From: Promethearchaeota archaeon
Lineage (GTDB): Archaea; Asgardarchaeota; Lokiarchaeia; Sigyniarchaeales; SOKP01
NCBI GenBank assembly: GCA_048937405.1
Contig: JBHLNF010000005.1
Location: 1 to 64,000, forward strand
Direction of reading: 5' to 3'
Length of the DNA stretch: 64,000 nucleotides
Shown here: positions 1 to 10,657 of the stretch, one piece after another
How positions within the stretch are numbered: the stretch's first letter is position 1
Layout of the letters: every line of letters starts with the position of its first letter
Made by a program: the position numbers and the translations under genes
Notes under the pieces: generated by a model
What the model was told of the DNA's origin: nothing
What the model saw: only the letters and a program-made list of their open reading frames with translations
Database searches by the model: none

Positions 1-577
1 CTTCAAATATTCTGGAAGAAATACCAAATGATTCTATATGATTATTTGATGTTAAATTAATGATTTTTGTTTTATATTAGGTTTCATCTCTCTTCATCAC
101 ATCTATTCAATTAAAATTAATTTTGCATTTCTTATCAGACTTCAATTCAATTTAAGTAAGTAAAATTAAAATATAAAGGATAATGGAAATACCCTTAAAT
201 TAAATACGTCTTTCTCTGATTATCCAGATTAAATTCTTTATAGTGACAATTAAAGAAAGATACTATGGTTGAATATGAAAATATAGCTCTCGCCCTTATA
301 TTCTATTCTCTTATTTACTAATGATGTCTAAATTAATATACAGGTACTATTTAAGAACATAAATTTTTTTATTTATTTAAATGTAATTGATTATAGTTGA
401 TATATTGATAAGATATAATCAGACTTTTTTAGATTTATTCTTTAAAAGTGCGAAGTTTGGCTTTTCAAAACTGCACATGAACAATTTTTATTAAAAAACT
501 TTAATATTATTTAATATTTTTAATAAATACGATAACTTAAATGAATTAAAGAACATAATCTTTTTTTTAATACACTA

Positions 578-1303
578 ATGTCCCTTCCACCAATTATTCT
601 ATTTGATTTTGATGGTGTTATTATTACTCAAAAATCTCTTGAATATACTGCATTACATTATTTAAGAAAGAAATTCTATAAGTGGCAAAATACGAAAAAT
701 TTAAGACTTATTGATTTGGCAAGGCTTTTTGAAGAATCAGATTCAAAAAATAAATTGGTGGCTTTTTATCAAATTAATAAGGTATTTCAACATATCATTC
801 CAAGTATAGTCAGGAGAAATTTGTTTTTTATTAAATTTAGACGTATGTATCCCAAATATGAGAAGTATGAAAAGCTAAAGCCATATTTAGAGGAAGTACT
901 GATCAAGCTTAAAAAGAATAATTTTGTCTTAGGTATAGTATCTAACACTAGTAAGAGAAGATTAGATTTCTTTCGCCAGAAATTAAATTTAGATAATTTT
1001 TTTTCTTTTTATGTTACACGTGATGATACACCTTTTAGAAAACCTAGTCCATATCCTATAATGATAGCTTTAAAAAAAATTAAGAAAAACCTTAATTATT
1101 CAATAAATAAAGAAAATGTGTTTTATATTGGTGATCTTCCTGCTGATATTGAATGTGCTAAGAATGCTCAGATCAAAAGTATTGCTTTACTTTCAGGACA
1201 TGGTACATTTGAAGGTTTAAAAAATTCTGGTCCAACACTATTGCTTCATGATATTAAAAATATTTTAGAGATTGAAGAATTCAAAAAATTCTTATTAGAT
1301 TAA
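578..1303 (+). CDS. HAD-superfamily hydrolase (phosphoglycolate phosphatase-like)
   Basis: HAD motifs I FDFDGVI, II IVSN, III KPSP, IV YIGDLPAD. Confidence 0.85.
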   Translation: MSLPPIILFDFDGVIITQKSLEYTALHYLRKKFYKWQNTKNLRLIDLARLFEESDSKNKLVAFYQINKVFQHIIPSIVRRNLFFIKFRRMYPKYEKYEKLKPYLEEVLIKLKKNNFVLGIVSNTSKRRLDFFRQKLNLDNFFSFYVTRDDTPFRKPSPYPIMIALKKIKKNLNYSINKENVFYIGDLPADIECAKNAQIKSIALLSGHGTFEGLKNSGPTLLLHDIKNILEIEEFKKFLLD

Positions 1304-1321
1304 AAACTCTTTACTTTAGAG

Positions 1322-4048
1322 ATGTTTAATCTTGAAGAATTTAAGGATAACCTGATTCTTGAGAAAGTAGAGAAGCTGGATAAATATTTGAGTAAAAATA
1401 AAATCAATAAAATTTTAAAGATAATAAATGACTTAGAAAACTTATTGGATGACCAAGATTATGTTGTCCCTATTACATATATTTTGTCAATTCTAGCAGA
1501 AAATAAAATAGATCTTATTACTGAATCAATAATACAAAAAATAGAGCCTTTTCTTCACTCTGAAAAACCAAAATTAAAAATTAATTCAATAATTATTTTA
1601 GGATTTGCAATGCTTGCGAATTCAAAATATATAGATAAATTCTCTCATGAATTTGTTAAATTTCTTATAGATCAATCTGAGGATACTAGAAATAATGTGC
1701 ATTACTTTTTACAGGAATCGTTTAAAAAAAATCCAAAATTAATAAAGCTGAACTTAGACACTATATTAGAAAGTCTGGTAAATGAAAACAAAAAGGAAAA
1801 CATTCTATCCTTACTGAATTTCCTTAATTATTTGGATGATTTAGACTTTGATCAATTATATACTTTTAGGAAAATTTCCAAATCCTTAATTACTTCATTT
1901 GAAGATAAAAAACTTTTAAGATGTTACATAGAATTAATAAAACTGTTGAAAAAATTTTATAAACTGTTTGAAGATATTGAGCTGGAGACCTTAGAAAGTA
2001 GAGATATAAGAAGGGTACTAAAAAATCATTTTTTGATGAAAAAGCATGATTTTACTCTAATCACTAAAAATACAGGAGTAGGAATCAAAGAATATATAAA
2101 AAGAATTGCTAAGTCCCCTCTAAAAGAAAAAAAAGTCTATTTCTATATTAAAATTAGAGATAAGATAATATATGTCTATGAACTAGAAAAAGATAAATTA
2201 AAGGCGTTCTTCGAGCAAAGTAAGAAAATTTCTGATAAGAGTATACATTCTATATTTTCTCAAATTATTGAAGATAAATCAGAATTAAAAAAGTTTATAG
2301 AAACATTATGTAAATTAAAACTTATTAATGGATATTATTCCAATATTGGATTTTTTTATCCATATGATTATATCTATTCACAATTCATAGAAGAATTGCA
2401 AATGAATGGTGTAATTAATTTAGTGAAATTTAACTTCCTTCCCCAAGATTTTATTGATAAAATTATTAATGATATATCAAAATCTATGAAAACAACTTTT
2501 TTAAAAAGGAAGGATCAAGAATCAATCATCTTATTAAAAGAAATTCAAAATCAAATAAATTCGGAAGCCGCAAAGGGAAGTATTGTAGATTTAAAATCAT
2601 ATCGTCAAATTCTATTTGATGAAGATTTCATAAGAATTATAAAAAACTTACCGAGAGAATATTTATCCAACTATCGTAAAGGTACACAATGGTTAACTAA
2701 TCTAGGGGTACAAAAAATAAAAAATGAAGTTCAAAATTCAAAAATTGTCGGTTATTTTAGTATAACCAAAATTTCAGATAAGCTAAATATTGGAGAACTT
2801 TTACTTCTAGATGTATTTGACCAATTTGTTGATGACAGAAGTGGTATTTGGGATAAAAATAAAGAAATTTTCTACTATTCGAAATTCATTAATAATAAAA
2901 TAAACGAAATCTCTGCGATTTCTGATGAGGAGGAAAAGAACAATCAAATTAACAATATATCTAAGGAATTGAACATCGATAAAAAACATATTTTAACTAA
3001 AATTGATGAAAACTTAAAATCAATAGGGGAAGAAATAAAACAAAAAGATAAAATAAAGATTGAAGAATATCTTGAAAAGACTGGCATGGAAACAGACGTC
3101 TTTTTGAGATTTATAGATGAATTAGGTATTTCTTATTTTAAAAAAGCAGATCTACTAATTTTTAACCCACAGAAAATAGAAGAAGCTAAGAATGATATAA
3201 AATATATGTTGATTGACCAATCTAAATCTAGTGAATATATATCTTTAGGCACATATGAGATCACTTCAAGTTTAATTGAAGGTTTAATTCATGATTTAAT
3301 AGCTGATGGAAAAGTAAAGGGAATTTTTCATGAAATCAATGGAGAAGTTTTATTTTATACTGAGCGTGGCATCCGTAATTTGATGTTGGAAAATAGTTTT
3401 TTATTTTCTTTTAATGATTTATTTTATGGTAAGGAACTAAATCAAAATGAGATTGAATTTCTAAAAGAAATTTTTGATGATTTAGTGAAAAAAAGGAGAT
3501 TAAAAGGAATATTTGAAGAAGAAACTCTAACTTTTTCTAGTGATGATGTTATATTCGCTAAAGATTATAACATGGTTCTGTTTGAATTTGAAAAGATGGC
3601 TAATAACTACATTCAAAAGTTTGAAACTGAATTTCAGAAAATAAAAAAGATTCTTACAAAAGAACAAGAAACAATTTATCCGCAAGAGATTAAAATTGTT
3701 CAAGAAACTCTTGATAAAATCATTGAAAAGCATGTAAATTGGAGAAGCGGCTTAGAAGGCTTTATTAGAAAGACTAATAAGAAATTGTTACGAGATCAAG
3801 GTATTAGTGAAAAAAAATATAAAGCAGGTCTTTCAAAAGAGAAAAAAGAAGAATTTTTATCTTTAGAAGAAGATCCCGAAATTCAGGAACTGCTTGATAA
3901 CTTTAACAAATGGATAAAGCTATTCAATAAATTGGAACTGAAGTATCCAAATGTGATATTTTATCAGAAACGATTAGTTAATAATTCGAATGATAAAGAT
4001 TCGAAAATTAAATTAAATGAATATTTAGAAGAATTAAATCTGAACTAA
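1322..4048 (+). CDS. Large protein with N-terminal HEAT/ARM-like repeats and multiple winged-helix (PCI/UFL1-like) segments
   Basis: HEAT-like helices (IEPFLHSEKPKLKINSIIILG, FLIDQSEDTRNNVHYFL); repeated wH-type endings LCKLKLINGYY, LIADGKVKGIF, LVKKRRLKGIF. Confidence 0.5.
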   Translation: MFNLEEFKDNLILEKVEKLDKYLSKNKINKILKIINDLENLLDDQDYVVPITYILSILAENKIDLITESIIQKIEPFLHSEKPKLKINSIIILGFAMLANSKYIDKFSHEFVKFLIDQSEDTRNNVHYFLQESFKKNPKLIKLNLDTILESLVNENKKENILSLLNFLNYLDDLDFDQLYTFRKISKSLITSFEDKKLLRCYIELIKLLKKFYKLFEDIELETLESRDIRRVLKNHFLMKKHDFTLITKNTGVGIKEYIKRIAKSPLKEKKVYFYIKIRDKIIYVYELEKDKLKAFFEQSKKISDKSIHSIFSQIIEDKSELKKFIETLCKLKLINGYYSNIGFFYPYDYIYSQFIEELQMNGVINLVKFNFLPQDFIDKIINDISKSMKTTFLKRKDQESIILLKEIQNQINSEAAKGSIVDLKSYRQILFDEDFIRIIKNLPREYLSNYRKGTQWLTNLGVQKIKNEVQNSKIVGYFSITKISDKLNIGELLLLDVFDQFVDDRSGIWDKNKEIFYYSKFINNKINEISAISDEEEKNNQINNISKELNIDKKHILTKIDENLKSIGEEIKQKDKIKIEEYLEKTGMETDVFLRFIDELGISYFKKADLLIFNPQKIEEAKNDIKYMLIDQSKSSEYISLGTYEITSSLIEGLIHDLIADGKVKGIFHEINGEVLFYTERGIRNLMLENSFLFSFNDLFYGKELNQNEIEFLKEIFDDLVKKRRLKGIFEEETLTFSSDDVIFAKDYNMVLFEFEKMANNYIQKFETEFQKIKKILTKEQETIYPQEIKIVQETLDKIIEKHVNWRSGLEGFIRKTNKKLLRDQGISEKKYKAGLSKEKKEEFLSLEEDPEIQELLDNFNKWIKLFNKLELKYPNVIFYQKRLVNNSNDKDSKIKLNEYLEELNLN

Positions 4049-4338
4049 ATCTGATTTTTCTTATTTTTCTCAATTTGGGAAAGGATTTTTTCAATATCAA
4101 TTTGTTCATTAGTGGTTATTTTGTAAGTTTTAGGATTTGTTACTCCATTTGGTGATAATATTCCTTCTTCTTCAAGATATTTTAAAGCTCTCCAGATGAA
4201 ATTGATCTTTGAACGATTTGAAGATTTGATATGATTACACCTTCTAATTCTTTTAGTATTTACGATATTAATATTATTATCTATTAATTTATTTATCGCT
4301 CCAAGTGTTTCTTTAAGATTGCTGAGAAAAAAGTCCAT
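4045..4338 (-). CDS. Small winged-helix protein, putative DNA-binding
   Basis: IWRALKYLEEEGIL...PKTYKI recognition helix plus wing pattern; stop overlaps the convergent gene by 4 nt. Confidence 0.55.
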   Translation of the reverse strand: MDFFLSNLKETLGAINKLIDNNINIVNTKRIRRCNHIKSSNRSKINFIWRALKYLEEEGILSPNGVTNPKTYKITTNEQIDIEKILSQIEKNKKNQI

Positions 4339-4551
4339 TTTTAAAAGAACTCCGCCTTATTAAGATATGATAGAATATATTCTCCTTATCTAAATTATTC
4401 AATTTAAAGTTAAATTTATAATGTCGAGTAACTCTAGTTAGTTTTTTTTAGTATATATAGGTTTTTAAAATAAGTAATTCTAATTTAAAAAGGAATATAT
4501 GTAAAGAAAAAAAGTTAATTTAGTGTATTGGAAGGTGGAATCTTTATATTT

Positions 4552-6156
4552 TTAATGTCGAAAAACCCTTTTGCCACAAAATACTAAAGCACAATTTAAT
4601 TCATCAGCACGCTTAATAACTATATCATCTCTAATAGAACCCCCAGGATTTATTATAGCTTTTGCACCGAATTCAACTGCAACTTCTAGACCATCAAGAA
4701 ATGGAAAGAAAGAGTCAGTTCCCATTAGAGAATTTTTTAGTTCATCTTTATGACCAAATTCAATAGCTTTTTGAACTGCTAACTTGACTACATGGACTCG
4801 ACTTTGTTGTCCTGCACCTATTCCAATAGTATAAATTCCATTATCATACATTTGAACAAAACACGCTGAATTTGATTTAGCCCATTTTGATACTTTATAA
4901 GCAAATATTAAAGCTTCTTTTTCATCATCACTTACCTTTCTCTTGCTCACTACATTCCATTCTTTAATAACAGATTTACTATCATATTCTTGAGCAAGAA
5001 TTCCCCCTAATACACCTCTTATTTCAAAATTTTTATATATATCTGTTCTATTATTTAGAAAATTCCCATATTCAATAATGACCATATTTTTTTTTTGCTT
5101 TAATATTTCCAATGCTTTTTCTTCGAAGGAAGGTGCCAGTAATACATCCACAAATACTTTTTCTTTATTTACTATGAAATCAGCTACTTCTGTTTTCAAC
5201 TCTTTATTAACTCCCCAGATTCCTCCAAAAGCGGATAAAGGATCTGTATTATATGCCTTTTTCACGGATGTTAATTGGTCAACTTTATCAATTGCTATAC
5301 CATTAGGACTAGTATGTTTCAAAATTGCTGTGGTGTAATGTTCAATACCAAAATCTAAAATAATTTGCATACAAGAATCAATATCTAAGTAATTATTGAA
5401 GGAGATTTCCTTTCCACTAATCTGTTTTAGATTATGAAGTCCATATTTAGCAGAGCTATCTTTATAATAGGCTGCTGTTTGATCCCAATTTTCACCATAT
5501 CTGCAATCTTGTACTTTTTTATAAACTTTTATCAGTGTATTGGGTAAAAGTACTTTTGGATTATAAACTTTTTGAAGATATTTGGCAATCGCAGCATTGT
5601 AATCTGCCATAATTGCAAAAACATCTTGAGCGAGAATAATTCGAGTTTTTTCAGTAATCGCGCCTTTATTTTTCCTAAGTTCATCAATTATTTCTTCATA
5701 ATATTCTGAGCTTGGAATAACAATTACGTCTGGAAAATTCTTTGCTGCCGCTCGAATCATTGTTGGTCCTCCGATATCTATTAATTCTAAAGCATCTTCA
5801 AGAGTTATTCCTGGTTTTTCAATTGCTTCTTTGAATTGGTATAAATTACATACAACCATATCAATTGGTTTAATATTATATTCATTAGCATCATCAATAT
5901 CTTGCTGTAAACCCCTTCGAAATAAAATTCCACCCTCTATTTTAGGGTGTAACGTCTTAATTCTCCCCCCAAACATTTCTGGTGAATTAGTAAACTCAGA
6001 AATTTTGGTATATTTAATTCCATTCTTTTCTAGAAGACTTCCGGTACCTCCAGTTGATAATATTTCAACTTTAAATTCATTATGTAGTACTTTTGCAAAT
6101 TTTATAATCCCACTCTTATCAAAAACACTAATAATTGCTCTTTTTATAGCTTTCAT
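4552..6156 (-). CDS. purH: Bifunctional AICAR transformylase / IMP cyclohydrolase
   Basis: AIISVFDKSG, STGGT, GRIKTLHP, IDIGGPTMIRAAAKN, RYGEN, KSN, GIGAGQQSR, SFFPF, PGGSIRD, RVFRH. Confidence 0.97.
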   Translation of the reverse strand: MKAIKRAIISVFDKSGIIKFAKVLHNEFKVEILSTGGTGSLLEKNGIKYTKISEFTNSPEMFGGRIKTLHPKIEGGILFRRGLQQDIDDANEYNIKPIDMVVCNLYQFKEAIEKPGITLEDALELIDIGGPTMIRAAAKNFPDVIVIPSSEYYEEIIDELRKNKGAITEKTRIILAQDVFAIMADYNAAIAKYLQKVYNPKVLLPNTLIKVYKKVQDCRYGENWDQTAAYYKDSSAKYGLHNLKQISGKEISFNNYLDIDSCMQIILDFGIEHYTTAILKHTSPNGIAIDKVDQLTSVKKAYNTDPLSAFGGIWGVNKELKTEVADFIVNKEKVFVDVLLAPSFEEKALEILKQKKNMVIIEYGNFLNNRTDIYKNFEIRGVLGGILAQEYDSKSVIKEWNVVSKRKVSDDEKEALIFAYKVSKWAKSNSACFVQMYDNGIYTIGIGAGQQSRVHVVKLAVQKAIEFGHKDELKNSLMGTDSFFPFLDGLEVAVEFGAKAIINPGGSIRDDIVIKRADELNCALVFCGKRVFRH

Positions 6157-6359
6157 AAAAATTTCTTTTGAGTTTTTTACTTTAAATAATTAAAATGTTA
6201 CTTGAAAAGAAAAGTTTACTATAGTTAAAACTAATTAATAGATCTTTAATAAGAAAAATTTGACTTAATCCTGTAAAATTTATAAATTCATCATATTCTA
6301 AAGATATAGACACAAATGTATAAAAATAATGATGTCATAATTGTTATCCGAAGTTAAAT

Positions 6360-6367
6360 GGAGGTGA
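6360..6367 (+). promoter_or_regulatory. Shine-Dalgarno sequence of the SRPBCC-like gene
   Basis: GGAGGTGA 7 nt upstream of TTG at 6375. Confidence 0.7.
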
Positions 6368-6374
6368 ACTCTAT

Positions 6375-6808
6375 TTGAGAATACACAAAAAAATCGATAT
6401 TAGGTCAAATCCTAGAATAATTTATGATATTTTAATTGATGGAACTAACACTCCAAGATGGAATATAGCACTTGATGAGATTGTTGAAAAAGAAAATGGT
6501 CAACAATTTCTTTTAAAATCTAATATTGGAGATATCCTTATATAGTAGGTACTGATACTATTGAAAATGAACATGTAACTTGGCATATTGAAAATAGTGA
6601 TATGGATTCAATTGGGTATATTCTTGAACCTAAAGGGGATCTTACTGAAGTTAAATTATGGACTGAATTTGAAAATAAGAAATTTAGAAAAATATTTGAA
6701 AAAACCGCAAATTTAGTATTAAAAAGTCTAAAGAATTATGTAAATTTTCTTAAAGATGGTGGAGATCCGGAAGATTTTAATAAAAAACAACTTATGGTAA
6801 GTCCATGA
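6375..6808 (+). pseudogene. SRPBCC/START-family protein split by a frameshift near 6540 (or a sequencing error)
   Basis: Frame from TTG 6375 reads RIHKKIDIRSNPRIIYDILIDGTNTPRWN...GDILI then TAG at 6543-6545; the -1 frame continues IVGTDTIENEHVTWHIENSD into the 6602..6808 ORF ending with the typical LKSLKNYV helix. Confidence 0.7.
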
Positions 6809-6833
6809 ATAAAATTTAATCTTTTTTTTTACC

Positions 6834-8306
6834 TTAGAATTTACCAATAAGATCATGAGGTTGGGTTTCTCTCTGTCCAACAACAGAAACTATCCCTAAT
6901 TGAGCTTGTTTCATATCTTTAATAGTTTTTGCTCCAGCATAAATCATTCCATTTGAAAGTCCTTCTTTTAATGTAGCTAAGACACCCGCTACATCTCCCA
7001 CATAAGGTACATAATTAGATACTCCCTCAGTCAGCATTTTAGAATCCTCAATATAACGATCTGAGATATAACCAAATGTTCTTGCTTCTGTACTACCCAT
7101 ACCTCGGTAGACTTTTACTTTTCTTCCGGCAATCGTATCAATAAAACCTGGGGATTCATCAGTTCCCGCAAAAAAATGTCCAGACATAATTAAATCAGCA
7201 CCAGCGGCAAAAGCTTTTGGTAAATCACCTGGTTTACTAAAACCACCATCTGCTATCAAAGTTAGTTCAGTATTATAATCGTTTATTGCATCAGCAACTT
7301 GAGCTGTTGCAAATAGAGTTGGAGATCCTACTCCTGTTTGTATCGAGGTTGTACATATTGATCCTGATCCCATTCCTACCTTTAATCCAATAAAACGCTC
7401 TTCTATAAAATCACATTTAGAAATGATATATTCAGCTGCTTGATATGTTCCAATATTCCCTAAGACAAAATCAGATTCTAAGAATTTCATAAGTTTTGAT
7501 GTACCCACAATATCATCCTTCTTATAAAAATCAGCAACATCAATAAAGAAAATATCAACATATTTTTCAATCTCTTTTAATATTTTCTGAGCTTGTGAGG
7601 ATTCAGGAAATTTTGGAGATATTGCCAAAGCGCATAATAAATGACCTTCTTCATCTTTAGTTGCTAATGGAAATTCTGGTGCAAGATCTTTTTTTGTGAT
7701 TAAACCTTTTAGATAACCATCATTATCAATAATAGGTAACTTTTCCTTGCGCGATTCATATAAAATTTTCAATGCTTCTTCCCTTGAAGCTCCTGGTTTA
7801 ATAGAAATTATTTCTTTTGTCATATAGTCTTTTACTGCTCCATTTTTTATATCTTGTTCAAAAAAGGGGATATCACGCTTTGTAATAATACCACATACTT
7901 TTTTATCTTCATTTATCACCACAATACCACTAATATTATAGTTTTCCATCATAAATTTTGCCTTTGCAACTCTAGCACTAGGATTAATAGTTGCTACATG
8001 TTCATCATCAATCACAAATGATCGGGCGCGTTTCACAATTCTAACCATTTCTAATTGTCTTTCATAAGAACAATTTCGATGAATGACTCCTAAACCTCCA
8101 TGTAAAGCCATATTAATTGCCATTAATTCTTCTGTTACTGTATCCATAGCAGATGACATGATAGGAAGATTTAGATGGTATGGTCCTAAACTGGAGGAGA
8201 TATCTACTTCACTTGGAGAAAAGTCAGTGAAACCTGGAAGCACTAATACATCATCAAATGTTGCGATCAGTTCTTTCGAGTGTATTTTTTCTCTGAAATT
8301 CGACAT
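6834..8306 (-). CDS. guaB: Inosine-5'-monophosphate dehydrogenase with CBS pair
   Basis: [30 protein letters not shown] catalytic Cys loop, IADGG, YRGMGS, EGV. Confidence 0.97.
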   Translation of the reverse strand: MSNFREKIHSKELIATFDDVLVLPGFTDFSPSEVDISSSLGPYHLNLPIMSSAMDTVTEELMAINMALHGGLGVIHRNCSYERQLEMVRIVKRARSFVIDDEHVATINPSARVAKAKFMMENYNISGIVVINEDKKVCGIITKRDIPFFEQDIKNGAVKDYMTKEIISIKPGASREEALKILYESRKEKLPIIDNDGYLKGLITKKDLAPEFPLATKDEEGHLLCALAISPKFPESSQAQKILKEIEKYVDIFFIDVADFYKKDDIVGTSKLMKFLESDFVLGNIGTYQAAEYIISKCDFIEERFIGLKVGMGSGSICTTSIQTGVGSPTLFATAQVADAINDYNTELTLIADGGFSKPGDLPKAFAAGADLIMSGHFFAGTDESPGFIDTIAGRKVKVYRGMGSTEARTFGYISDRYIEDSKMLTEGVSNYVPYVGDVAGVLATLKEGLSNGMIYAGAKTIKDMKQAQLGIVSVVGQRETQPHDLIGKF

Positions 8307-8655
8307 TTTTATTAACCTCGTTAAAGATCTAATATAATCTTGAGTTGATTATATTCTTAATGAAACATATATAAATTTTTATATAAAGGATATTCGAACT
8401 TTTAAATTTTTCGTATTGAACAATTAATATCGAATAAAATAAAACATGAAAAAAAGATAGTTTAGGAGTGTATTATATAGGGATATCCCGTTTATTAAAA
8501 AGTATTATTGATAAAATAGTTAATCTAATAGAATAAGGTATAATAGAACTATGGGAAGATCCTTAAAAAAAAATATGAAAACCAATAGTTTCTAATTCGA
8601 TTAATTTAACTATTTGTAATTGGAGTAAAAAAAAACAAAAAAAATGTGTTAAAAA

Positions 8656-9477
8656 TTATGTTGGAATATCTTTTCTGTTGAATATTAATAGACTTCCTAC
8701 AACAAGAGCAGCATTAATAGAACCTAATACGATTATATCCCGTGCAAAGAGCTTAATATCTCCATGAACTATATAATCCAATGGATTGAAATAGTAAAAA
8801 ACAGAAATATATTTAATATCTTGTACTGCCTCATTCATATATATATAGAATTGCCCTAAGAAAAACATTAAGAATAAAATAAATATTCCCAATGCCATAG
8901 CTTTTCTACCACTAAGAAAAATCGTTGAAAAGAACTTTGCAAACATTGCTAATGCTCCTATATAAAGTACAACTATAATATAAGTTAGCCATAGACGATC
9001 AAATAAAAAACCCTCTTCTTGAAATACAGATGAAAATGCCATACTACCCATAGTAATCAGAAAAAACACACCCAAAGCAATAGCAATAAATGCATAGAGA
9101 AATGCTATTTTGCTGCCTAAAAAATTAAATCGTGTAATTGGTTTAGAAAGAGTAAGATCAATAGTCTTCTCTTCAACTTCACGGGTCAAAAGAGTACTTG
9201 CCATATAAACAATATAGACACCTGCATATAACCACATAAATGTTAGTAGCTCTAAAGCCCAAAATCCATATGGATTGGTAAATGCTTCAATGTCTCCAAA
9301 AAAATCGAGCATTTCTTCTGGCCACAATGCCATAATCTCTTCTATTGCTGCGAGATCCATATTTTCTAGCATGTATACTATATAATAGCTTAATAATCCA
9401 ATTACCCCGCCTAAGATGAGGAGAATATACTTTTTTTCTAATAGCGATTCTTTTAATAAAAGTAAAAACCTTTTCAT
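8656..9477 (-). CDS. ABC-2 type exporter permease
   Basis: About 6 hydrophobic segments; EVEEKTIDLTLSKPITR and C-terminal FNRKDI signatures; abuts the ATPase gene. Confidence 0.9.
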   Translation of the reverse strand: MKRFLLLLKESLLEKKYILLILGGVIGLLSYYIVYMLENMDLAAIEEIMALWPEEMLDFFGDIEAFTNPYGFWALELLTFMWLYAGVYIVYMASTLLTREVEEKTIDLTLSKPITRFNFLGSKIAFLYAFIAIALGVFFLITMGSMAFSSVFQEEGFLFDRLWLTYIIVVLYIGALAMFAKFFSTIFLSGRKAMALGIFILFLMFFLGQFYIYMNEAVQDIKYISVFYYFNPLDYIVHGDIKLFARDIIVLGSINAALVVGSLLIFNRKDIPT

Positions 9478-10443
9478 TTATACCCCCACCTCCGGTTTTT
9501 CCATAGTTTTACCTAATGATTTCATTTGAGGTGCTGACTTTTCATAATATTTTAGAAATATATCCTCAAGCGCTGGACTTGAGACATCAACATCTATTAC
9601 ATCGGAATGAGATATCAAACTTAGCATCTTAGATAAATTTTCTCGTGCAATCATAAAAGATAATTTTGTTTCATGTAAAATAACAGGTCTAACCATTTGG
9701 TTAGGTATTTTATTTGAAAATTGTTGGAGAGCTTCCTTAGTTTTAAACTCAACTTTTATTTCTTTTAATGCCATATTTTTAAGTTGTTGAATGGTTGCCA
9801 GTTCTATAATAGAACCATCCTTTATTATACCCACTCTATGTGCAACTCGTTCCACTTCTCCTAGTAAGTGTGAACTTAAAAGAACTGTGGCTCCTGTTTC
9901 TTTTTGTTGTTTATGAAGTATATTATAGAACTCTGCTGTAATTAAAGGATCTAATCCAGATGTAGGTTCATCGAGAATTAATAATTCAACCTCAGGAGCT
10001 AATGCGAGTATTATACCTATTTTCTGCTTATTACCCTTACTAAGTTCTTTTACCTTTCGATCAAGTTCTAGATTAAATATTTCAGCTAATTCTTCAACTT
10101 TTTTTAAAGGAATATGATTTTCATAAAGTCCTAAAAGATATTGGAGATTCCGCCTTGCTGTTTTATTTTGATATAGACCTAATTCACCAGGTAGATAAGC
10201 TGTACGCTGACGTATTTTAGTAGAATGATGGTGATTATCAAGATTAAAAATTTTTGCTGTACCAGAAGTTTTATAGATTAAATCAAGAAGGAGTCTACAA
10301 GTTGTGGTTTTACCCGCACCATTAGGACCAAGAAGACCAAATATCTCTCCTTTATATATTTCAAGATTCAATTGTTCAATACCACGTGATTTTCCATAAT
10401 ATTTAGTTAAATCCAAAGTTTGAATAATAATTTCTTTAGACAT
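9478..10443 (-). CDS. ABC transporter ATP-binding protein
   Basis: Walker A GPNGAGKTT, signature LSKGN, Walker B LLILDEP, H-loop SSH. Confidence 0.95.
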   Translation of the reverse strand: MSKEIIIQTLDLTKYYGKSRGIEQLNLEIYKGEIFGLLGPNGAGKTTTCRLLLDLIYKTSGTAKIFNLDNHHHSTKIRQRTAYLPGELGLYQNKTARRNLQYLLGLYENHIPLKKVEELAEIFNLELDRKVKELSKGNKQKIGIILALAPEVELLILDEPTSGLDPLITAEFYNILHKQQKETGATVLLSSHLLGEVERVAHRVGIIKDGSIIELATIQQLKNMALKEIKVEFKTKEALQQFSNKIPNQMVRPVILHETKLSFMIARENLSKMLSLISHSDVIDVDVSSPALEDIFLKYYEKSAPQMKSLGKTMEKPEVGV

Positions 10444-10657
10444 AATTATTTATCCCTAGTTTTTATTCATTTAATTAAAATATTAATAACTTTTTCTTAT
10501 ATTTATTGTTAAATTAGGCATACCTAAAATTTAAAATTTTGTATTCAGTTTTTTCAAAATTTAAGAATGCCAATTATTATAGAAAAAATAAAGTATTTAA
10601 ATGTTTTCATAAATTTCGAAATTTAACTTAATACTTTTTTATAAAAAAAAAAGGTTA

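Noticed and set aside
6157-6370. ZTP or purine riboswitch upstream of purH, and a lacO-like AATTGTTATCCG string
   Set aside because: No recognisable aptamer consensus or GC-rich stems; the lacO resemblance is a short chance match.
8480-8489. GGGATATCCC palindrome upstream of guaB
   Set aside because: Only 10 bp, a single occurrence, and not seen upstream of purH.
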